From positions 116,763-180,762 of the forward strand of contig JAXGNU010000004.1 of the NCBI GenBank assembly GCA_040767805.1: a DNA stretch of 64,000 nucleotides, in the 5' to 3' direction. Shown here piece by piece: positions 57,473 to 64,000 of this stretch. Both the position numbers and the translations under genes were made by a program. Source of the DNA: Thermovirgaceae bacterium. GTDB taxonomy: Bacteria; Synergistota; Synergistia; Synergistales; Thermovirgaceae. The notes beneath the pieces were generated by a model. That model made no database searches, was not told the origin of the DNA, and saw only the letters and a program-made list of their open reading frames with translations. How positions within the stretch are numbered: the stretch's first letter is position 1; every line of letters begins with the position of its first letter.

Positions 57473-58581
57473 AGCGCACCGACATGTACGAAAGGCACGT
57501 CGCGGCAGGCGGGCGGATGGTCGATTACAGCGGCTGGGAACTGCCGGTCCAGTACGACGGCACCGGCATAAAGACCGAGCATCTCAACGTCAGGGAAAAG
57601 GCGGGGCTCTTCGACGTCTCCCACATGGGGGAGATCATGGTGGAAGGCCCCGACGCGGAGAAGTGGCTCTCCACCCTCGTGACGAACGACATCTTCGTGA
57701 TGAGGGACGGCCAGGTGCAGTACAACATCATGTGCAACGAGTCGGGAGGCGTGGTGGACGACCTGCTCGTCTACCGGTACGGCCCGGCGAAGTTCCTCCT
57801 CGTGGTGAACGCGGCCAACGTGGACAAGGACCGGGACTGGCTCGCGAAGCACCTGCCCCCGAGGGGCGCCGCGATCGACGACATCTCCATGAAGACCTCC
57901 GAGACGGCGCTCCAGGGGCCGGCGGCGGAAGCCATCCTGGCCAGGGTGGCCGACTTCGACCCGTCGACCCTCAAGTTCTTCAACTTCACCCACGGGGCCG
58001 CTGTGGGGGGCATCCCCGCCATCGTCAGCAGGACCGGCTACACCGGCGAGGACGGCTTCGAGATCTACGTCCCCTGGGAGAGGGGGGCCGAACTCTGGGA
58101 CCTGCTCATCGAGGCGGGGAGAGACTTCGGCCTGATCCCCGTCGGGCTCGGCGCCCGGGACAGCCTCCGCTTCGAGGCGGGGCTACCGCTCTACGGCCAC
58201 GAGTTCGCCGAGGACCTGGGCCCCCTCGAGGCCGGTTTCGGTTTCTTCGTCAAGGTGGACAAGCCCGGCGGTTTCATCGGACAGCCGGCGCTGAAGCGCC
58301 AGAAGGAGGAGGGCCTCCGGCGGAAGATAGTCGGCCTGCGCCTCGAGGACAAGGGGGTGCCCCGCTCCGGGATGGACGTGGCCGACCCCTCGGGGGACAT
58401 CGTGGGCAGGGTGACCTCCGGCGGTTACTGCCCCTCGCTGGACGCCAACATGGCCCTCTGCCTCGTGGATATGCCCGCCCCGGAAGTGGGCGGCCGCCTG
58501 AGCGTCATCGTCAGGGACAAGCCGAAGAAGGGCGTCATCGTGAAGAGGCCCTTCTACGCCAGGAAGAGCGGCCACAAGTGA
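57469..58581 (+). CDS. gcvT: Glycine cleavage system T protein
   Basis: FDVSHMGE, RTGYTGEDGFE, GLGARDSLRFEAG. Confidence 0.95.
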   Translation: MKRTDMYERHVAAGGRMVDYSGWELPVQYDGTGIKTEHLNVREKAGLFDVSHMGEIMVEGPDAEKWLSTLVTNDIFVMRDGQVQYNIMCNESGGVVDDLLVYRYGPAKFLLVVNAANVDKDRDWLAKHLPPRGAAIDDISMKTSETALQGPAAEAILARVADFDPSTLKFFNFTHGAAVGGIPAIVSRTGYTGEDGFEIYVPWERGAELWDLLIEAGRDFGLIPVGLGARDSLRFEAGLPLYGHEFAEDLGPLEAGFGFFVKVDKPGGFIGQPALKRQKEEGLRRKIVGLRLEDKGVPRSGMDVADPSGDIVGRVTSGGYCPSLDANMALCLVDMPAPEVGGRLSVIVRDKPKKGVIVKRPFYARKSGHK

Positions 58582-58619
58582 GAACGCTTTCTCAAAAGCC
58601 AAAAGGGAGGATGAAAGGA

Positions 58620-59018
58620 ATGGCCAAGATACCCCAGGATCTCCGTTACACCAAGGATCACGAGTGGATAAGGATGGAAGACGGCGTCGGCGTCGTGGGG
58701 ATCACGGACTACGCCCAGCACGCCATGGGTGACGTCGTCTACGTGGAGTTCCCCGAAAAGGGCAGGAAGGTACGTGCCGGGGAGGACTTTGCCGTGGTCG
58801 AGTCGGTGAAGGGGGCCAACGACGTGTTCAGCCCCGTCTCCGGGACCGTCCTCGAGGTCAACGACGCCCTCGAGGAGTCGCCGGAACTGCTGAACCAGGA
58901 CGCCTACGCCAACTGGCTCGTCCGCCTCGAGGTCGCCGACCCCGGAGAACTGGACTCCCTTCTCGATCACGCGGCCTATGCCGCACTCCTCGAGGAACTC
59001 GAAGCGGAAAACGGATAG
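58620..59018 (+). CDS. gcvH: Glycine cleavage system H protein
   Basis: YTKDHEW, GITDYAQ, ESVK lipoyl-Lys; forms the C-terminal part of the called 57447..59018 ORF. Confidence 0.95.
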   Translation: MAKIPQDLRYTKDHEWIRMEDGVGVVGITDYAQHAMGDVVYVEFPEKGRKVRAGEDFAVVESVKGANDVFSPVSGTVLEVNDALEESPELLNQDAYANWLVRLEVADPGELDSLLDHAAYAALLEELEAENG

Positions 59019-59030
59019 GAGGTGTCTTCC

Positions 59031-60380
59031 ATGAGCCGGTACACACCAGCCACGGCGGAGGACCGGCGCCGGATGCTCGAATACATCGGCGTCGGATCCA
59101 TCGATGACCTCTACTCGGGCATCCCGGCCGGTGTCAGGCAGAAAGACCTCCCGGACATCCCGAAGGCCCTCTCGGAGCCCGAGGTCATCCGGGACCTCCG
59201 GGAACTGGCCGGCGCCAACAGGAACATCGACGACCTGCCCTGCTTCCTCGGCGCGGGGGCCTATGACCACTTCATCCCTGCCGCGGTGGACAGCATCATC
59301 TCCCGGGGGGAGTTCACCACCTGCTACACGCCCTACCAGCCGGAGGTGTCCCAGGGCACCCTGCAGGCCATCTTCCAGTACCAGACCATGGTCTGCGAAC
59401 TGACCGGCATGGAGGTCTCCAACGCCTCCATGTACGACGGCGCTTCCGCGACGGCCGAGGCGGCCGTCCTGGCGGCGTCGGCGACCAAGAGGAAGAAGAT
59501 CCTCTGGGGGAGGAACGTCAACCCCCAGACCAGGGAGGTCCTCCGCACCTACTGCTGGAGCAGGAGCCTCGAGCACGGGGAAGTGCCCGTCACCGGCGGC
59601 ACGATCGACCGGGAAGCCCTGGACGGGGCCCTTTCGGCGGGCGACGCGGCGGCCCTGGTGGTCCAGTCGCCCAGCTTCTTCGGCACAGTAGAGGACATCA
59701 AGGCCCTCGCCGAGAAGGTCCACGGGGCGGGGGCGCTCCTCGTCGTCGTCACGGACCTGCTGGCCCTCGGCACCCTCGAAGCCCCGGGCGTGCTCGGCGC
59801 CGACATCGTCGTGGGCGACGGGCAGACCGTCGGCAACCCCGCCAGTTTCGGCGGGCCCGCCTTCGGGTTCATCGCCGTGAACAAACCTCTCATGCGTAAA
59901 ATGCCCGGCCGCATCTGCGGCCAGACCGTCGACAGCCGGGGGCGGCGGGCCTTCGTCCTGACCCTCCAGGCCAGGGAGCAGCACATCCGGAGGGAGAAGG
60001 CCACGTCGAACATCTGCTCCAACCAGAACCTCTGCATCGTGGCGGCCTCGGTCTACCTGAGCCTCCTGGGGCCCCAGGGGCTCGCCGAGGTGGGCGGGCA
60101 GATCATGGCGAAGACGGAGTACGCCCTGGGGCGGCTCGAAAAGAGCGGCAAGTTCAGGAAGGCCTTCCCCGGGGTGCCCTACTTCAGGGAGGCGGTGCTT
60201 CTCAGCGAAAGGCCCGTCAAGGAACTCAACAGGCGCCTGCTCGACGCCGGCATCATCGGCGGGTACCCACTAGAGCCGCTGTACCCCGAACTGGAGAACG
60301 GCTGGCTCCTGGCGGTGACGGAGAACAGGACGAAACAGGAGATCGACCGCCTCGTGGCGGTCGCGGGAGGTGACGCCTGA
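59031..60380 (+). CDS. gcvPA: Glycine dehydrogenase subunit 1
   Basis: [35 protein letters not shown]. Confidence 0.95.
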   Translation: MSRYTPATAEDRRRMLEYIGVGSIDDLYSGIPAGVRQKDLPDIPKALSEPEVIRDLRELAGANRNIDDLPCFLGAGAYDHFIPAAVDSIISRGEFTTCYTPYQPEVSQGTLQAIFQYQTMVCELTGMEVSNASMYDGASATAEAAVLAASATKRKKILWGRNVNPQTREVLRTYCWSRSLEHGEVPVTGGTIDREALDGALSAGDAAALVVQSPSFFGTVEDIKALAEKVHGAGALLVVVTDLLALGTLEAPGVLGADIVVGDGQTVGNPASFGGPAFGFIAVNKPLMRKMPGRICGQTVDSRGRRAFVLTLQAREQHIRREKATSNICSNQNLCIVAASVYLSLLGPQGLAEVGGQIMAKTEYALGRLEKSGKFRKAFPGVPYFREAVLLSERPVKELNRRLLDAGIIGGYPLEPLYPELENGWLLAVTENRTKQEIDRLVAVAGGDA

Positions 60381-61849
60381 TGACCCGCAGGATGGAAACC
60401 GTCTTTGAGGCGAGCCGGCCGGGGAGGAAGGGCTACGCCCTGCCTGAACTGGACGTCCCGGCCGTCGACTGCCGCTCGGCCCTCGGGGGAGCCTGCCGCG
60501 GGAAACCGCCCAGGCTGCCCGAGATGGCGGAAGTGGACGTGGTGCGCCATTTCACCAGGCTGTCAAAACTGAACTACTCCGTGGACGAGGGCTTCTACCC
60601 CCTCGGTTCCTGCACCATGAAGTACAACCCCAAGGTCAACGAGGTGGCGGCGAGGATGCCGGGTTTCGCGCGCCTCCACCCCCTCCAGCCGGAGGAGACG
60701 GCCCAGGGTGCGATGAAACTGCTCTTCGACCTCGGCGCCATGCTGGCCGAGATCACCGGCATGGACGCCGTCACCCTCCAGCCCGCCGCGGGCGCCCACG
60801 GTGAACAGACCGGGCTGATGCTCATAAAGGCGTGGCACGAGAGCCGGGGCGACACAAAAAGGACCAAGGTCATCGTCCCCGATTCGGCCCACGGGACCAA
60901 CCCGGCATCGGCCACCGTCACGGGCTTCGAGACCGTGGAGGTGGCCTCCGACGATGAGGGCATGGTGGACCTCGGCTCCCTCGAGGCCATCCTGGACGAT
61001 ACGGTGGCGGCCCTCATGCTGACGAACCCCAACACGCTGGGCATCTTCGAGAAGCATATCCTCGAACTCACCGAGGCCGTCCACCGGGCCGGGGGCCTGG
61101 TCTACTACGACGGGGCGAACCTGAACGCCATCATGGGCAAGGCCCGCCCCGGCGACATGGGTTTCGACGTCCTCCACCTGAACCTCCACAAGACCTTCGG
61201 CACCCCCCACGGCGGCGGCGGGCCGGGGGCGGGGCCGGTAGGGGTCAAGGCCGAACTGGAGCCCTTCCTCCCCTCGCCGGTCGTCGTTCATAAGGGCGGC
61301 CGCTACACCTTCACCGGGAAAGACGAACGGCCCCGCTCCATCGGCAGGGTCCGGAGTTTCTACGGCAACTTCGGCGTCCTCGTGAAGGCCTACGCTTACA
61401 TCCGCGCCCTCGGGCCGGAGGGGCTGAAGGAAGCCTCCGAGATGTCGGTGCTCAACGCCAACTACCTGGCCAAGAAGCTGGGCGGCCTCTACCCCCTGGC
61501 CCACAAGGGCCACTGCATGCACGAGTTCGTACTGAACGGCGGCCCGCTGAAGCACGAAACGGGGGTCAGCACCCTCGACGTGGCCAAGGCCGTCATCGAG
61601 GCCGGGTTCCACCCGCCCACGATCTACTTCCCCCTCATCGTGCCCGAGGCCCTAATGGTGGAACCCACGGAGACCGAATCGGTGGAGACCCTCGACCGGT
61701 TCGCCGAGGCCATGGAGGACATCGTGGCCAAAGCTCGCTCCGAGGGGCCCGAGGCCTTCCGCGGCCTGCCGGCGACGACGCCCATCTCCAGGCCCGACGA
61801 GACCACGGCGGCCCGGAACCCGATCCTTCACTGGCAGTTCGAGGAATAA
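60380..61849 (+). CDS. gcvPB: Glycine dehydrogenase subunit 2
   Basis: [37 protein letters not shown]. Confidence 0.95.
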   Translation: MTRRMETVFEASRPGRKGYALPELDVPAVDCRSALGGACRGKPPRLPEMAEVDVVRHFTRLSKLNYSVDEGFYPLGSCTMKYNPKVNEVAARMPGFARLHPLQPEETAQGAMKLLFDLGAMLAEITGMDAVTLQPAAGAHGEQTGLMLIKAWHESRGDTKRTKVIVPDSAHGTNPASATVTGFETVEVASDDEGMVDLGSLEAILDDTVAALMLTNPNTLGIFEKHILELTEAVHRAGGLVYYDGANLNAIMGKARPGDMGFDVLHLNLHKTFGTPHGGGGPGAGPVGVKAELEPFLPSPVVVHKGGRYTFTGKDERPRSIGRVRSFYGNFGVLVKAYAYIRALGPEGLKEASEMSVLNANYLAKKLGGLYPLAHKGHCMHEFVLNGGPLKHETGVSTLDVAKAVIEAGFHPPTIYFPLIVPEALMVEPTETESVETLDRFAEAMEDIVAKARSEGPEAFRGLPATTPISRPDETTAARNPILHWQFEE

Positions 61850-61865
61850 CCGGGGCCGCGAGGCT

Positions 61866-61893
61866 GGGGCGCCCTCAAAAAGGGCGCCCCTTT
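61866..61893 (+). terminator. Intercistronic stem-loop (weak terminator or processing site)
   Basis: ggggcgccct-caaaa-agggcgcccc followed by ttt. Confidence 0.5.
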
Positions 61894-61928
61894 GGCCTTC
61901 AGCAGGCCCGAAAAAAGGAGAGAAGGAC

Positions 61929-63287
61929 ATGTACGACCTGGTGATCCTCGGCGGCGGGCCGGGCGGCCTCCGGGCCGCCGAACTGGCCGCGGCCGCCGGC
62001 ATGAATACCATCCTCGTGGAAAAGGACCGCCTCGGCGGCGTCTGCGTCAACAGCGGCTGCATCCCCACCAAGGCCCTCTACGCCTCCATCATCGGCGGCA
62101 AAGGGCCCAGGGAGGGGCTCTGGTCCAGGGTGGAGTCCGTGGTGGACAAACTCCGCCAGGGCTCGGCCACGTCGCTCCGCATGGCGGGCGTGAAGTACCT
62201 CCGGGGGACCGGCAGGGTGACCCGCTGGGAGGGAGGGAAGAGGGTCTCCGTCACTAAGGCGGACGGCGGCGTGGAGGAGATCGCCGGCGCCAGGCTGCTG
62301 CTTGCCACGGGCGCCCGTTCCGTGCGTCCCCCCTTCCGGGGCGGCGACCTCCCGGGGATCCTCACCGGCGACAGGGCCATCACGGAACCCTCCCTCTGGG
62401 ACCCCGAGCGCAACTCCCCGGTGAAGACCGTGGCCATCCTCGGCGCGGGGGTCATCGCCGTCGAGATGGCCTCCCTTCTCCAGGGCCTGGGGAAGGAAGT
62501 CGTCCTGCTCAAGCGCTCCGACCAGGTCCTCCGACGGATGGACGGCGATATAAAGAAGAAGACCGTACAGATACTTAAAAAACGGGGGACCGTTATAAAA
62601 GACCACGTCCGCCTTCGGGAAGCCTCGCTGAAGGAGGGGCGGCTGTCACTGGAGGGCAGCGCCGGGGACGAGCCCTTCGTCGTGGCGTGCGACCGCCTTG
62701 TCATCGCTTCGAGCATGGAGCCCGTCCTCGACGGCTTCGGCCTCGAGGGAAGCCCCGTGAGGGTCGAGAGGGGCGCCATCGCGGTGGACCCATCCCAGGG
62801 GACATCGGTGGAGGGGGTCTACGCCGTGGGGGACTGCACCGGCGGGGCCATGCTCGCCCACCTGGCCGAGTACCACGCCCTCACCGCCGTCTCCTCGATG
62901 ACGGGCGGGGACTACCGGGTGGACTACGACGCCGTCCCCTCCTGCGTCTTCATGAATCCGGAGGTGGGCGCCGTGGGGCTGACCGAGGAGGAGGCCCTCG
63001 CCAGGGGCGAGGAGATCGTCACCGCGAAGGCCTACTTCGGCGCCAACGGGATGGCCCTGGCCCTGGGCGAAAGCGACGGCTTCGTTAAGGTCGTCGCCCT
63101 GGCCTCGGACAAGACCCTGCTGGGCGTCCACATCATGGGCCCCGAGGCCTCGTCGGTCCTGGGGGAGGCGACCCTGGCCGTCGCCCATAAACTGACCGCC
63201 GTCGACGTGGCCCGCACCGTCCACGCCCACCCGACGCTGTGCGAGTGCTTCCGCGACGCCTGCTCCCGCCTGGGGGGCGGGGCCTGA
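61929..63287 (+). CDS. lpdA: Dihydrolipoyl dehydrogenase (GCS L protein)
   Basis: GGGPGG, GGVCVNSGCIPTK redox disulfide, HPTLCE. Confidence 0.9.
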   Translation: MYDLVILGGGPGGLRAAELAAAAGMNTILVEKDRLGGVCVNSGCIPTKALYASIIGGKGPREGLWSRVESVVDKLRQGSATSLRMAGVKYLRGTGRVTRWEGGKRVSVTKADGGVEEIAGARLLLATGARSVRPPFRGGDLPGILTGDRAITEPSLWDPERNSPVKTVAILGAGVIAVEMASLLQGLGKEVVLLKRSDQVLRRMDGDIKKKTVQILKKRGTVIKDHVRLREASLKEGRLSLEGSAGDEPFVVACDRLVIASSMEPVLDGFGLEGSPVRVERGAIAVDPSQGTSVEGVYAVGDCTGGAMLAHLAEYHALTAVSSMTGGDYRVDYDAVPSCVFMNPEVGAVGLTEEEALARGEEIVTAKAYFGANGMALALGESDGFVKVVALASDKTLLGVHIMGPEASSVLGEATLAVAHKLTAVDVARTVHAHPTLCECFRDACSRLGGGA

Positions 63288-63329
63288 ACCAGGTCATTCA
63301 TATATAAAGTATAAAGAGCCGCGGCCCCG

Positions 63330-64000
63330 TCACTGGTCCCAGGCGACGCCCTCGGCGACCAGCACGGCCGCCCCCTTCAGGAAGAGGCGCACCACCTCGG
63401 GGCCCTCCTCTTCTATCAGGACCGTGTTGACCCCCCCGGGGTTATGAACCTCCACCGGCGGCGAGACCTCGCCCTCGAGCCAGGCGGCCACGGCGCCCGC
63501 CGCCGAGCCGGTCCCGCAGGAGAGGGTGATGCCTTCGACGCCCCGCTCGTAGGTCGTCAGTTCGAGGTCGCAGCCGCCCCTGACCTTCATGAAGTTCACG
63601 TTCGTACCCCTGGGGAAGCGCTCGCCGTCGGACTGGAAGACCCTGGCGACCCGCGCCAGTTCCTCCTCCTCCCTCCCGTCGTCGGGCGACTGGAAGATCA
63701 CCGTGTGGGGGACGCCCACGGTCAGCTGGCTGTAAAGGAACTTCTCGCCGGAGAGGGTCAGTTCCTGACCCCTAAGGACCGAGGCCGTCTCCAGGGTGCC
63801 CATGTCGAGGGTGGCGAAAGACCCCTCCACCCTGGCCCCCACCAGGCCGGCCAGGGTTTCGATGGTCATCTCGCCGGGGGCGATCCCCTTCTCGAAGGCG
63901 TAGCGGGCCAGGCACCTCGCCCCGTTGCCGCACATCTCGCCCTCGGAGCCGTCGCGGTTGAAGAGGCGCATCCGGAGATCGCCCTTGTCGCTCCCTTCCA
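63330..64000 (-). CDS. dapF: Diaminopimelate epimerase (5' end outside the window)
   Basis: FNRDGS.GEMCGNG, GVPH, YERGV..TLSCGTG. Confidence 0.9.
   Translation of the reverse strand, partial: EGSDKGDLRMRLFNRDGSEGEMCGNGARCLARYAFEKGIAPGEMTIETLAGLVGARVEGSFATLDMGTLETASVLRGQELTLSGEKFLYSQLTVGVPHTVIFQSPDDGREEEELARVARVFQSDGERFPRGTNVNFMKVRGGCDLELTTYERGVEGITLSCGTGSAAGAVAAWLEGEVSPPVEVHNPGGVNTVLIEEEGPEVVRLFLKGAAVLVAEGVAWDQ

Noticed and set aside
57447..59018. 523-aa ORF apparently extending GcvH
   Set aside because: The N-terminal part is an Arg-rich off-frame overlap of gcvT; the real gcvH starts at 58620 with its own RBS.

Overview
GC-rich bacterial chromosomal window. Diderm features (TolC, type IV pilus tip module) occur together with Firmicutes-like genes (AddAB, split GcvPA/PB, RemB-like ORF before gyrB), which suggests Synergistota; that assignment is inference only. 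Most of the window is housekeeping and amino-acid metabolism: transporters, AddAB, gyrB, a pilV-W-X-Y1 module, a TetR-controlled RND pump, an HD-GYP signalling protein, cardiolipin synthase, two RocB-like M20 enzymes, aminotransferases, an lplA-gcvT-H-PA-PB-lpd cluster and partial dapF. No rRNA, tRNA or CRISPR array was found. The most notable items are: (1) a 382-aa intein in the GyrB Toprim M|TDADVDG motif with an apparently degenerate LAGLIDADG domain; (2) an unannotated Ile/Val/Leu leader-peptide attenuator that precedes a 51-aa ORF and addBA rather than ilv genes; (3) a ~1.38-kb DDE insertion sequence whose 16-bp direct repeat overlaps its own inverted repeat; (4) a ~174-nt candidate structured RNA; (5) a mirrored 7/16-mer repeat array; (6) AddA and AddB both carrying four-Cys nuclease motifs; (7) a DapB homologue with a remodelled substrate loop. 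All product calls come from motif recognition by eye, not from database searches.
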